Assembly (NCBI GenBank): GCA_964016885.1 | Contig: OZ024749.1 | Span: forward strand, 56,544,001-56,608,000 | From: Eledone cirrhosa | Lineage: Eukaryota | DNA: 64,000 nt | Direction of reading: 5' to 3' | Position numbers and translations under genes: made by a program | In this document: in pieces, positions 37,293-52,139 of the stretch | How the letters are laid out: every line of letters begins with the position of its first letter | How positions within the stretch are numbered: position 1 is the stretch's first letter | Notes under the pieces: generated by a model | What the model saw: only the letters and a program-made list of their open reading frames with translations | Database searches by the model: none | Told to the model about the DNA's origin: nothing

Positions 37293-39984
37293 ATAGGTGT
37301 ATATGTAGTTTCTTAGCGGAAACGAAATCGTTGAAAGTGATAAAAAATAAAACTACTTGATATGAGTCCAAAATAAACATCTCCGAATGTCTCGGCAGAT
37401 GAATCTATCTTGATAGACAGAAAACATTGGATAACTTTGGAGAAAAATGGCAGATGAAGGAAAAAAAGGAAAAAAATAATAAAAGTAATGAAACAAAAAA
37501 TATATAAACAATTAATAAAGAGAAGAAGAATGAAAATATAAGAACAATATAATAAAGGAAGTTATTTCAATGGAGAAAAGATAACAAAACGAAACGTAAA
37601 TAGTGACAATGAAATAAATAGATAAATAAATGGCGGATAAAAGACAGAGTGTGGTGGGAGAGAGGGTGGGGAGAAGTTGGAGAGAGGGTGGGGAGAGGTG
37701 AGAGAGAGGGGAAGATGGGTGGGGGGAATGGAAAGTAGGGTAGGGTAGATGAGGGGGAGAGAGCGGGGTGGTGGGAGAGAGATGGGTGGAAGAGAGTGAG
37801 GGTGGGAGAGAGTGAGGGGTGGGAGAGAGTGAGGGTGGTGTGAGTGAGGGGTGGGAGAGAGGGGGGGTGAGAGAGGGCTGGGGAGAGAGGGGTGGTGTGA
37901 GAGAGGGCTGGGGGAGAGAGGGGTCGTGTGAGAGAGGGCTGGGAGAAAGAGGGGTGGTGGAAGAGAGAGGTGTGGTGGGAGAAGGGTCGTGAGGATGTAG
38001 GCAAGATAGAAAGCAAAATTAAATGTGTAAACGAAGGAAAGTTGTAAAGAAAAGAAAATAAAAATAAACGAAGAAAGGAGGGAAGGAGAAGGGGGGGGGG
38101 GAGAAAGAATTGAAGAAAGAAGAAGGAAATGAAGGAAAGAAAAGAGAAAGACAGAAAGAAAAAGAAAAGAGAAAGAAACAGAGAAAGACAAAAGAAAGGA
38201 GAAAGCGAGATCTGGAGAGAAATGAAAAGAAAATGGTTTCTTTTTAACGATTGTGCATAAATTCTAGCTTGATGAACCAAAATGTGTGTGTGACGTATAA
38301 TTTGTATTTTTATTTCTGAAATGAGCGCATGCGCAATGCATCTAATTCTTTTGTTTATATTGTTTCCATGTTGGCTATCGTTTACATAAAACGTGTTTGA
38401 CAAATATTTGTTTCGCATGCTACTGAGGCATGTTGACAAATGTAAAAAAATGTTTAGTGCCAACATCACTAACCTTCCCTAGTGAAAAATAAAACTATCA
38501 CATTGAAGTAAAAATTTGAATGAAAGAAATAGGAAGAGGGGAGAGGCGGCAAAGGGGGAAGAGGGGAAGAGGAAGAGGAGGAGGGAAATAATGTTTATGT
38601 AGCTTTTGGCTTTATATATTAGACATCGATATCGTCGCTTTGCCTACCCGTCTTTCTGTCTGTCTGTCTATTCTATCTGTCGATCTGTTTACTTCCAAGA
38701 GTGTATATGTAGTAATTATACAAACTTGTCATCTGTGTTTCTCTTGGTGTATCGAAGGAAATGGTAAAATTTCGAGTTTCCTTTTATAAAGGCGTATGTG
38801 TAGGAATAATTAAGTTGCTGTGAGAACACAAATGGCCACCGATTCGATAGAGTAACGCACAATTACCGGAGTTGTTGCTGTTTAGCTTTATGTCATTCCT
38901 GATCGATGAGACCTATAATCAAAGATGTTCCATTCTTGATCATCCCGTCCTGATAGGATAAGTAGATTAGGAAGATAATTTTCTACTGTGCACAGGGAAA
39001 GTTGGATGGATAACCGACAGAACAAGAAGTGATACTTATACAACCATCAGCGTTGGAGGAACATTTTTGAAAAAAAAAAGAGGATTCTACATTCTGCAAA
39101 ATAGGCGCAGATCCTTCAGGTAGAGGGTAAGAATGATCTATTACAGTTTGGGAGACAGGAGACTTTGTGAGCGATGTGAGGGATGGAGGTATCCTTCGCA
39201 ATTTGCATATTGGTCTAACTAGAATTGCGACAGGGGAAGATGATTTTTCTCCAGGTGTTTAAAACGACGGAGTGTGATTTGTGGAGGATTTCGTCACTAT
39301 TTTTATTTAGGTGAAATATTACACAAATGCTACTTTTTTTGTCTCGTATCCACTGGACTGGTAGATGCATCTGAGCATTAGCAAATATTTTGTCTTTAGA
39401 AGAAAGCTATGTGTTGGGTGGTTTTTGCAGCCACAATAAATTTCACTTTCACAAATCTAGATATATTTATTTTAAAATTTAATACGTTTTTACTGGTGTG
39501 TTAATGATCTCTATATATTTATGATGATGATAAACGCGATATTTTCGAGAGATTGGATGCTCTGGCAAAACTGACAAAATCCTTGTGGTATCTAATGTAA
39601 TGTTTTTCTTTCATCTCTGTCAGTTAGCTGTTGTGTCTGGAATGTTTAAAGTATGTTCGTGGCTCGTTTTCTTTATTTACTGCATCTACTGTGTGTGCTA
39701 TGAGTGACGTGGGTGTATAATATATGACTCCTACTCTAGATATCACACTGTGTGTAATATCTATGTTGTTGTAGAGTATAATGGTTGCTTATATTGGATT
39801 TACCATATTTCTGGCAGAAACGGAAACAATGAATTTAGTAGAAGCATATTAATACGTTTTGTTTCCCTTGAAACAAGGTTTTAAGTTGATTGATGTACGC
39901 TTTGCATGAGTTGTGTAGGTTTGTTTTTTTCTGGAGAACGATAGGAGGATATGAGAAACTCATGAAGATATACTTTGTAGTCTA

Positions 39985-40097
39985 CAGGGTGTCACTAAAA
40001 TCTGGGAAACATAGGCAAAATGCATAATGTCAATGAAAATTGAACATGTTATTTAAATGTGATATTTTCTCAGTGTCCAGACATTAAGGACACGCTG
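39985..40097. mobile_element. Tc1/mariner-type MITE (113 bp)
   Basis: TA|CAGGGTGTCACTAAAATCTGG...CCAGACATTAAGGACACGCTG|TA: imperfect TIRs with TA TSD. Confidence 0.7.
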
Positions 40098-41241
40098 TAT
40101 TTATGTGGGACTTTGTTTAGAAGCGTTCTTTGATTATATTCATGTGAGAAGACAAAGATTGTGTATAGTTTTGTGGCTGACAGATGGACATGTACTGTTC
40201 AGTGGTGGACAACTTGATGACCTTTCTGGCGTAAAGTATTTAGGATCAAGTTAACCTCTATAAACCACACCCTTTGTTAGTGTGGTGAGGTGAACAATTG
40301 TCTGGTCTCACAGTACACAGAACCACGTGATTGCTAGATATATCAGGAAAATTGTTCTCAAATAACACTTTAAAAGTCTGTATGTAATACACAGAATAAT
40401 CTAATCTACGATACATAGTTGTGTTCAAAGATCAGACAGAAAGATGTCAGACTCCATGGGACTATAAACGTTTAAAGGCGTACTTTTTAAAATGTTATTT
40501 TGTTAAGTGAATCGAAATACCCAACAGAATTTGATAATTTAACGAATATATCAGTGGCATGTTAATCTTGAATATATAAAAATAATTTTAAATAAAAGAT
40601 ATTAAAGAGAAATAAGCAATAAAAGAAGAGAAATACACCAGTCCCCTGCTTCCCTGATCTGGTAACATATATCTAAGACTACCTGAAACCAGATTCTAAT
40701 TCACTTAACCCCCTATTGTGTCCTACCGTCCAAATTCATTAGTAAACCTGCCAATCCTCTGGATTTCCATTGCCTCCCATCCTTGCCCGATCTACTTCAA
40801 ATTACAGGGGTTTTAACTTCACAGGGTTCGTGAAGTAAGTCTTTAAAGGTCATGAGCTGACTCTAATCCCTCGACTACAACGTAAAATAATCTAAGACTA
40901 GCAAAATATATTATTTCTTTGATGGTTTTTTTTGCTGTTTTTTATAATTAAAAATCTATATATTCAAGCTCACAAACTCACTTAGGGAAGACACTATGCT
41001 AAATAGTAATTAATTAATATATTTATGCTTTATGCTTCCCATAATCCTTCCTTATAATGATTCCTGAAATTTTCAGACGTCTACATGTTTCAATTACACG
41101 GCTTTGATCGACTAAATGTTATTTATAATAACTGAAACTTTCCCAGTTTGCTGCGAGATGGGATCGAACACAGGAAAAGATAATTAGCAAACGAATGACA
41201 GAGCAATATTGCAAAGGTTGGGTCCATAATAAACTATTTAG

Positions 41242-41415
41242 GCCGTATATTTCAAAGAAAGAGGAAAGTGGGATATTGCGAATTTATACATTTCCAAAGG
41301 AAAACATCAACTTGCTTCCAACAACAATGGAATACAGATTGTAGAGTCATTCACCACCTTCAGAGTGGGAGGCAAAACAAAGAATTTATTTTCTTACCTA
41401 AGTAATGAGCTAAAG
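41242..41415 (+). CDS. Candidate internal exon (58 codons, phase 0-0), product unrecognised
   Basis: tatttag|GCC...AAG|gtaagc. Open frame AVYFKERGKWDIANLYISKGKHQLASNNNGIQIVESFTTFRVGGKTKNLFSYLSNELK. No homology recognised. Confidence 0.25.
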
Positions 41416-41770
41416 GTAAGCAAGCTAGTGCCGAGACGAAATTGCAATTGTTTCCATTCTCAAAGAAAAAAAAAGTAATTTTTCTTACGACATAAGGTAA
41501 AGGAAAGAAAGTCTCTATTTCCTGTTTTCATTCATGGGGCCATTGCTTTACATACTGAAAAACAAAACAAAGCAAATACCATTTTTAACTCAACTGGAAA
41601 CATATATTCCGAGTTATGGATCCAGTTCAGCGAACCAGCAACTACTACACCAACTTGACAATACATTCAGATGCTACTTCCGCCTGTCTTTACATAGGTT
41701 CACCTTCGTAATCTTCAATTTATATATGTGCACAACACATAGACACACACATGCATGTGTACACACACAA

Positions 41771-41825
<55 letters not shown>

Positions 41826-42141
41826 TATAAATATATAGATATATATAAAAAGACGAAAAAAAAATGCTTAAAGAAAGCTGCTAATATCTCAGACTCAAAG
41901 GTGTTAGTTACCAGTTTTCTTTTCTTATCACTTTGTTAAAAACAACGAAGGAAGCCAACAACAAAACACATGTATTGTTAATTAACATGCAGAACATTTA
42001 AAACATTATATCCGGTCTGTCTAGTTTGTTATTAATGTAGGTTTCTACCAGATGTTCACATTGCCTAGCTAAACATTTACAATCAGTTCCATTTTTATCA
42101 CTAGATTCATTGACATATCACAAGAATGCCGTACCTAGCCT

Positions 42142-42320
42142 CGCGGTAGATTGGCAGTATCGGTAGAGGTTCTGACGCCATGCTTTGCAGCATAGAGTTA
42201 CTGCCCTTTACGTTCAGAGTTCAAATCCCGCCGAGGTTAACTCTGCCTTTCATCCTTACGGGATCGATAGAACACACTGGGATGATGGCTGGCCTTGTGC
42301 CAAAAGTAGAAGCAATTATT
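42142..42320 (+). mobile_element. SINE family B copy
   Basis: GCGGTAGATTGGCAGTATCGGTAGAG..GAGTTCAAATCCCGCCGAGGTTAACTCTGCCTTTCATCC..GGCCTTGTGCCAAAAGTAGAAGCAATT. Confidence 0.85.
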
Positions 42321-42333
42321 GTAAATATGTATG

Positions 42334-42373
<40 letters not shown>

Positions 42374-42988
42374 AGCTGCAAACGCTGCTAAAAGTATTGC
42401 AATCGCTTGTCAGATTACAGAAAATGATGCACTTTTAGGCTACGACCAGCCTCACGAACCTGTAACATATCCTCAACAAGCAATGCCTGTGTTTTGAAGG
42501 TTTTTTCAGTAGGGAAAAGCCTTGCACTCGACCAATCTCACTCTGAGCATCAAAAACACTACCCGAAAAGGAGAACTGGTCAACATCATCGGATGCTTCC
42601 GAAGCAGTAGGTTTTTTTCCCAGAGTTTCCCTCTCCTAGAAAGATGTTGTAACAACAACTGGGGGGGGGGGGGGGGGGGGCTTTCACTCCTAGGTAAAAA
42701 AAAAGAAAACAATACATACATGCACAAACACATACACACACACACTATATATATATATATAATGATAATAATAATAATGGTTTCTTTTAATAATAATAAT
42801 AATAATAATAATAAAAATAATGATAATAATAATCTAGAATTATAAAGAGATGATTATATTGTAAATTTACTAGTACGTTTGTGTATATCAGTGTGGTCAA
42901 TACATTTAGAAATCCGCACAGGGAACCCTTCCCATTAATAATTTAATAGATAAAAGTGTTCATATGTGTGTGTGTGTGTGTGTATATA

Positions 42989-43019
<31 letters not shown>

Positions 43020-43084
43020 ATGTATGTATGTATGTATGTATGTATGAATGCATGCATGCATGCATATATATATGTATGTATGTC

Positions 43085-43275
43085 GGGTCACTCTTGACTG
43101 CTACTGGTAACATGTAACCCAGTACAACCTGTCGCATGGTCGTGTCGTCGGCGACCAAACCGGCAACCCCACCAAGTTTACTTGGTGAGGAGGGGGATTT
43201 TGGACACTCTGCAGGACAAAAAACAAAACCCGACAAAGGGCGGAAGAACTCATAAGAGTCAACGGTTATCCAAAA
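43085..43275. repeat. Dispersed repeat (family E), related to the tandem units at 60758-60966
   Basis: TGCTACTGGTAACATGTAACCCAGTACAACCTG is the near reverse complement of CAGGTTATACTGGGTTACATGTTACCAGTAG at 60918-60948. Confidence 0.75.
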
Positions 43276-43417
43276 TGTGTAAATATGTATATACACATGT
43301 ATATATGTATGTATATGTGTATGTATATGCGCGGGGAAATAGAAATAGTCGGGCTGGACACCCGATCACGCGGTTAAACCACTGGGAGTGAAGGACCCCT
43401 AGCCTATGTCAGGGTAT

Positions 43418-43571
43418 TCTTCTAGGAGAAGGTAACTCAGCAAACTGGGTTAACTCCGATATAAAACCTGCGGCTCAGTAGTTACCGATGATGTTGATCT
43501 TTTCTTCTTTTCGGGTTATAGCTACTGTCGCTCAGAGAGTGGGATTGACTCAGTGCACAGTATTTCCTCAC
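43418..43571 (+). repeat. Dispersed repeat (family D), possibly RTE 5'-UTR-derived; inverted copies at 42507-42642 and 56281-56420
   Basis: Shared TCTAGGAGA(A/G)GG..AACTC..AAACC..CCGATGATGTTGA..CTTTTCGGGT..GCTCAGAG..GATTG..AGTGCA..TTTCC among three loci. The RTE link is inference. Confidence 0.65.
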
Positions 43572-43920
43572 TTTAAAAAATAGCTTCATGCACAGGCATT
43601 GCACGATGGAATTAATTAATAATTATTAATAATGGTATATCGTGCAATCGCCATATTCGATAACGATGGGTCAGCCATCATGATGTATGTATGTATGTAT
43701 ATACATGCATGCTACATGATGTTGAACTCAGCTTTGCAGTTAGGAAGCTAATATATTCAAGAAGGGAATGGTTACCCTAATAGAACCTAATATACTACGT
43801 GATGTCCCCTGATATTTGGTTTTTTCTTTACAGTTCTGGAAAGGAAATAACTATAAATAGATTTTGGAACGAGTCACTGTTTAGAAAAATAATTAATTTA
43901 GTGAAATTATGGGGCTATTT

Positions 43921-43965
<45 letters not shown>

Positions 43966-44219
43966 AAATGTTTCAAATAGAATTAAACGAAAAAAATGTG
44001 AGACAATAATATTATTTTAGGTTCCATATCAGTTGGTTCAGTTTCCAAAAGTGCACCGAAAATAATCAGTCTGAATTGTTTGGATGAAGGAATTCTTAGT
44101 GAAATTACATTCCCAGACCAACTCTAGTTTGTCAACGTTTCAAATAAATTCCTCAAAACATTTATTCAGATGAATTTAAGAGTCTTACATATTGTTTAAA
44201 CCTTGAAATGTTGTGAGAA

Positions 44220-44291
<72 letters not shown>

Positions 44292-44366
44292 GCGTCTCAG
44301 AAATATGTATACACTCTGTGATTAAAATGCTGTTGAAGTGTGTATATATTTTTGGGGGACACCTTG
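44292..44366. mobile_element. Tc1/mariner-type MITE, inverted relative of 775-851
   Basis: ATTAAAATGCTGTTGAAGTGTGTATATATTTTTGGGGGACACCTTG|TA. Confidence 0.75.
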
Positions 44367-44508
44367 TATATATAATTATGGAAATGACTTCTACAGAACT
44401 AGAACTGTTTCATTCGCAAGAAATAATCAGGAAATATAGTCCATTCTCTACTGACGTAATGAGTAACTTAAACTGTGGTCCCCTCCTGATATATATCGGG
44501 AATCCATC

Positions 44509-44620
<112 letters not shown>

Positions 44621-44969
44621 GGGGGGGGGGTGACTTCGAGATTCAGGTGTTGTTGTTTCATGGATCAACCAAATTTAGCAATGAAATCTGAAAATTCAGA
44701 GATACTGCCACGTTTGATTTAAGAAAATAAATTTTACACACGGCCTATACGTATTGAGTACTCAATATCAATCGAATATTAAAACTCTCGTCCTGCTTTA
44801 TAAATCGTTAAACTAATATATTTCTTCATTGTACTGTGTTGTTTGGTTTGTTATTTCTGTTTACTTATAGCAAAGATATATATTGACTATCGAAATGGCA
44901 CCAGCGCAGCCGTCGGGGACAAAACTTTCTAATACATATATATATATATGCAAAGGCTTCCAAAACACC

Positions 44970-45056
<87 letters not shown>

Positions 45057-46890
45057 GGAATGAATGCCTGAGTGAGTGTATATAAGAACTAGGACACCAC
45101 TACATCACATTTTTTTTACCTTTCCGTTTGAAATCATAAACGCTATTTTGATCACGCTAAATATGTTGAAATGTGTCTCCACGCTATATTTATATGATAG
45201 CTTAACTGAAGCTATTCCTCGGCCAAACTTTGATCTAATCAGCTTCGGGAAAGCTGTTTCCATCTGAAACGCTATAGAACATTCGAGTAATACATGAAAC
45301 ATAACTTGTTAGTTATCTGACAGTTGAATAACTCCACCACAATATTTTTTCTTTTTGATTTTCGTTTTTAGATATAATAGATATGCTATGGTCTCAACAG
45401 CATTTAACATTGTGATCGATGTCAGAAATTAGAAAGGATAATTTGATCGATATTTCTATCAGATAGATATTGCCCAAAGACCATGCATGAGAAATTTAGT
45501 TAGAAAATCGGTATTGGTATTAGTTAATGGACGGTAGGCATTATAGATTAGAGAGGTAGAAAAGTTGCACATTGTGTAAAGGATTCTCACATTAAAACAT
45601 ATGTTTTAGCATGTTTATAGAGCGATGGAGAATTATTACAGCGTGTAACGAAATGTAGAAAGTTTAGTCGTTGATTTAGACAGAGACAACAAACTAGAAC
45701 AGAAACTAGGAGACTGAAAGTTATATAGATAGATTGGTAGAGATAGGAGGATATATAGAGAGATAGATGGAGAGATAGATAGAGAGATAGATAACATGAT
45801 AGGTTGATAGACAGATAGATATAATAATAGATAGATAGGGATATAGAAAGCGATTGTTTGACTGAGAGAGAGAAAGAGTGAAGGGCAGAGAGGTTGTCTG
45901 AACAAAAGACTCGTTCTATAATCAAGACGTACAAAGACATCCCAGTACACTCCAGTACACTCAATAGAGTGAGTACCAGCTGTAGCTGGGGAGTTAACCC
46001 TGCGATAGATCGATATCCTCTCCAGGAAGAACCTTGTACTCTCAGTCACTTAGCAGATAAGCCCAGGCCTGATGACCTTTCAGCTTATAACAAACTTTAG
46101 CTTAGTGTGGGTATACTAATCTGACTCCCATGTCTTAGGCTAAGAAACTTTCTGCTATATGTAACATCAAACACTTAAACCTATTTTGAGTTAACATCAA
46201 ATGATAAACATCACATTCCTGAAATATCACATTTTTTACAATAACACAATACTAACAATGATTAAAACTTAAGTACATCCGCCAGTAAATAAGGTGTATG
46301 TCTTTTAAGTTTGTAAATAAAATAAACTATATTTTAATTGTTTTTTCATAAACTGTTCACGTTAGAATCTGCGGGACTGATGTTTGAAGTAACTTCCTGT
46401 CTCACAAGAAGTGGTATTTCATGTTTTGTCTGCTTTTGTTTTCTGTTGTATTGTTTGTTGTTTGTTTTCTTTTCCAAACTTATTTGTTTCAAAATCCAGT
46501 TAAACAATATTATTTTTCCACATCTAATACACATTGTATTTTGATATGACAACGTTTCCTGTGTTATGATGAGTTTATATATATATATGTCAAAGCAAGC
46601 AAAGTTTGAAATTTAGTAGAAATAGAAGCTTTCGCCGTATTTTAACTAAAGAAATTAGTCTGATAAGTAGGGTTTAAAACCCTTTAAATGAAAAAAAGTA
46701 TTGACGAAAGCTTCTATTTATATATATATAAATATATATATATAGATATATATATATGCACGTATATATATATATAACTCGAAGTACGTTATGTATCAGT
46801 TTGTCAACAAAATGTAAACCTGTAAATATCTAAGCCTGGATCATTTTAAAGTATTTGATAGCATTCCCTATGTGACATATTGTAAAGCTG

Positions 46891-46978
<88 letters not shown>

Positions 46979-47102
46979 CATCAGTAATTTATGCTACCAT
47001 CACAGTCTTTATGCCTGCATATTCCCATGCATAAATTCATGGATGTTTAATTATGATATAGATTATAATATGCCATCTTCCAAACAGTCCTCTTACTGTA
47101 CG

Positions 47103-47146
<44 letters not shown>

Positions 47147-47391
47147 TACATATATATAGAGAGAGAGATCTATATGTATATCGCTATCATAAAACTATAT
47201 TAATCGTGCTAGCTTCTTATTTAGGTGTCTTTAACGAATATCATTTGAATATATTTTCGTATCCTTATAAATACATATACGAGACTTTTATATATTACAA
47301 TATAATTTTACAAATTGCATTCATGTTCCACAGCGTGATATGTAAATGAATGTATAATACCTCCACCCATCGATATATACGCACACACAAT

Positions 47392-47460
<69 letters not shown>

Positions 47461-47523
47461 AATATACTGAGGCAAATATATGTAAATATAAATGTAAATA
47501 TACTGAGGCAAATATATTTGTAG

Positions 47524-47884
47524 ATGCAATTGTTTAAGTGTTTTCACTGTACGAAAAGCTGTATCAACAATGGCACCGGATATAGATGATTCCTCATTGA
47601 CGTTGAGTAAAGATTGGGGCATGTTGCTTCCATTAAACATACTTCTCTCTCAAATAGACCAATTCGCTGTGCAGGAACAATTAAACAATGATATTTTTTG
47701 GCGCCACTCAGCGTCTCGGAAACACCTTAGAGGCCCTGTAACTGAGATAACTGCATCTGGTAGAAGAGAGCATGGAAGGAGAGAACATAAACGAGGTAAT
47801 AAAAATAATAGAAATAATACGAATGAGGATGACGATAATGACGATGATTCTGGATTCTCACAGAAAAATCTATATACAGTATAG
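47524..47884 (+). CDS. Candidate terminal exon (~119 codons), product unrecognised
   Basis: Island of complex sequence between two TA tracts. tttgtag acceptor, then an open frame CNCLSVFTVRKAVSTMAPDIDD...FSQKNLYTV* that includes the 47570 ORF. Confidence 0.25.
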
Positions 47885-47959
47885 AATTGCACTGAAAAGT
47901 AAAGTAGCATCGATAACTGTATTGGTTGATTTGCTTAAATGTGTATAATCATGTGTGTA

Positions 47960-49010
<1,051 letters not shown>

Positions 49011-49115
49011 TATAGAAATGGCTTCTACAGTTCTAGAATTCTTTGATTCGAAGGAATTTATACTCTGCTATGTATTGAGTACCTTATTCACTGTGGTTGT
49101 CCCCGATTGAACCCG

Positions 49116-49149
<34 letters not shown>

Positions 49150-49297
49150 TACATATATATATATGTGTAGGTAAATCTACCAAAATGTACGGTAGTATTC
49201 AATCCGTATGAAGAACTCGATGTAATCCAAATATCATGAAAAGAAAAGATGTATTCAAAAATTTTTTCGATGAAAATCACAGGAAAACAGAGTCAAG

Positions 49298-49549
49298 ATA
49301 AATTAATAAAAACAATGAATAAAAACAAAGAAACAGTTCCTTATATTAAAAAATTCATCATTTTACGATCGTTTCTAGGATATATATGTGTGTGTTGGTA
49401 TGTATATCTGATAGTTTATAATTTTTTTACATAGATCTATATAATATACATACCAACACACACATATATATCCTAGAAACGATCGTAAAATGATGAATTT
49501 TTTAATATAAGGAACTGTTTCTTTGTTTTTATTCATTGTTTTTATTAAT

Positions 49550-49553
<4 letters not shown>
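49298..49553. repeat. Perfect inverted duplication, 110-bp arms, 36-bp spacer
   Basis: 49298-49407 is the reverse complement of 49444-49553. The same peptide KLIKTMNKNKETVPYIKKFIILRSFLGYICVCWYVY appears on both strands in the ORF track. Confidence 0.95.
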
Positions 49554-49586
<33 letters not shown>

Positions 49587-49594
49587 TATATGCA

Positions 49595-49642
<48 letters not shown>

Positions 49643-49650
49643 TATATGCA

Positions 49651-49700
<50 letters not shown>

Positions 49701-50236
49701 TATATGCATGTGTGTGTGTATATTGCTGTATTCGAGGGTGGCATAGCAGGAAGTCTGAACTGCATTGTCGGTAGATATAAATCTGGTTATGTGAAGTGAG
49801 TAGACAAACAGATGAGTGGAGAGATTCCATTGGCAGTTTTATGTTGTATAACTTGTGAGTCGGCCAAATTTCAACTACTATATAATATGTTGTAGAGATA
49901 CTGAATTCCACGTTTTTCCTTTACTCCACATGACCCCCACACCTTACCTCACACCCCACACACCTTACCCCACATCTCACAGGGCCCACACACCTTACCT
50001 CACATGGCCCACACAACGTTGAGCAACTCATTTATTGCTACTGACACAAATACCTCAGTTCTGTTGGTGTCTTACATAAAATTAGGTTGATTGTATCTAC
50101 TAATAGAATGTGACAGCTTCCGGATTCTATATTTTCTCATTGTTTGGTATCTATGGTTCCGTAACTCCTGATAGAATCGTAAGGTCACCATATTGATATA
50201 CGGCGTTTCTTGGACATTTTAAGCATACCACCCCTC

Positions 50237-50416
50237 TGCAGATTTCTTCCAAAGAGAGGAAGAATCGACCCCAGTACTAAACTGGTACTTTTTTTATCGA
50301 CCTCGAAAGGATGAAAGGCAAAGTTGACCTTGGCGGGATTTGAACTCAGAGAGTAGAGGGTTGGAACGAATACCAAAAAGCATTCTATCCGCCATTCTAA
50401 CGACTCTGACAATTCG
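50237..50416 (-). mobile_element. SINE family B copy
   Basis: AATCGACCCCAGTACTAAACTGGTACTTTTTTTATCGACCTCGAAAGGATGAAAGGCAAAGTTGACCTTGGCGGGATTTGAACTCAGA. Confidence 0.85.
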
Positions 50417-51015
50417 TTAACTTTGGTAGCAGCTACTAAATTTAGATTGTTTCGACCTATAATAGGAACCCATATAACCTCATTCAGTTTTTTGTTTAGT
50501 CTGTGGAGAAATAGGTAAAATCGAAATATATATAAATCTTGTGTTGTTTCTATAGATTTATATTAATTTATTGTCTAATATATCATGCTTTGAAAACCAA
50601 CCACTTTAGTATATCTGACGTTGTCGGTGTTGCTGTTAGGTTTTTTTAAACCCCCAGGCCAACCCCTTCATGGTGATGTATGATCACATTTTTGCAGTGC
50701 CATGACCATCGCATTATTTTGTTTTTCTGACAAGATTGAATTTATTTAAATATATATTTGCTTTTTTTTAAAAGAATATTATTTGAAGCATATTTAAGCA
50801 AATTTGACAACAGATATTAAAATAGATTTGCAGTGATAAATTTATACTAGCGAAATGCAAAAAGTCAATTTCTTTTTCTACTTTAATCAAACAAGCATCA
50901 CGGAAAAAAAAATGTTTGTAGCTAGGATTATTTTAATTTTGTTATTGTTGTTGTTGTTATTTAGCTGTAGCTCAGCGGTGATCGTGAAGATCTATGGTCA
51001 ACATCATTGTGTGGT

Positions 51016-51222
51016 ATCTAGTTATACATCTGGCTGTATATCTAGCTATATATCTAGTTATATATCTAGCTATACATCTGGCTGTATATCTAGCTATATA
51101 TCTAGTTATATATCTAGCTATACATCTGGCTGTATATCAAGCTATATATCTAGTTATACATCTGGCTATACATCTGGCTATACATCTGGCTATACATCTG
51201 GTTATATATCTGGCTATACATC
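51016..51222. repeat. 12-bp minisatellite with partial 48-bp higher-order structure
   Basis: Units ATCT(A/G)G(C/T)T(A/G)TA(C/T), about 17 copies. Confidence 0.9.
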
Positions 51223-51649
51223 ATCATCTAATGTGTGCTTCGTTAACATATTTCAAAAGATAGTTGTTATTTTAAAGACATTTGGCTGTCATTTATAGCA
51301 AGCTTCAGGTCTGTTTGTCTCATTGTCATTGATTTTGTTTCTAGTGAAGACTTGTGATGCCGAAGATGTTTATCATTTGGTCAGAAATAAGTCTAATGGA
51401 AGGCACACTAGTAATAACTACAACCTCATATACTCTGCCATTGTATAGTCATGTGATCTTTACCTTTTAAGGTAAAGATCACAAGGATACATGTTGTTCT
51501 GGCGGAGATTTAGCTACCACTTTTAGCAGGTAGCCCCCTTGTTATTTTAATGTAACCCGAAGGACTCTGAATCAAAACAAACAACAGTGATACTCGTTAA
51601 GGTTAGAGAAATGAGCTCACAAAAGTGCAAATATTGTTTGGAGAGACTG

Positions 51650-51742
<93 letters not shown>

Positions 51743-52139
51743 ATGTATGTATATGTGTGTGTATGAGAGAGAGAGGAGGGTGGGATTCTTGGCTGATTTA
51801 CAAATAAAACCACATTCAATATAATTTTCAATACATATTAAGATACAGAGGTTGCCTGTTTTATTAGAACCTTCCTTCCAGGGGTTTCTACTTTAGTTCT
51901 GTGTGTGAGTGTATGTATCTGTTTGTGTTTGTATGTGTTGAGTGTGTGTGCGTGTTGTGTGCGTGTTGTGTGTGTGGTGTGTGTTTGTGAGTGTGTCTGT
52001 GAGTGTGTATGTGTGTTGTGTCTGTGTTTGCGTGTGTTGTATGTATTGTGTGTAGTGAACGAAAGAGAACGAGAATCAGTGAACGAGAGTAAGTGAGCTA
52101 GAGAGAGAGAAAGAGAAAGAGAGAAAGAGAAAGAGAGAG

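Noticed and set aside
37562-38469. 209- and 300-aa Pro/Leu/Ser-rich minus-strand ORFs
   Set aside because: Antisense reading of a GA-rich low-complexity tract.
40630-40860. Possible decayed CR1-type LINE fragment
   Set aside because: Only a hint (LDGRTQ on the minus strand) with many stops; cannot be supported without a search.
50855-51298. 147-aa ORF with apparent signal peptide and SSYT/SGYT repeats
   Set aside because: The hydrophobic stretch is (TTG)n and the repeats are a 12-bp minisatellite open in two frames.
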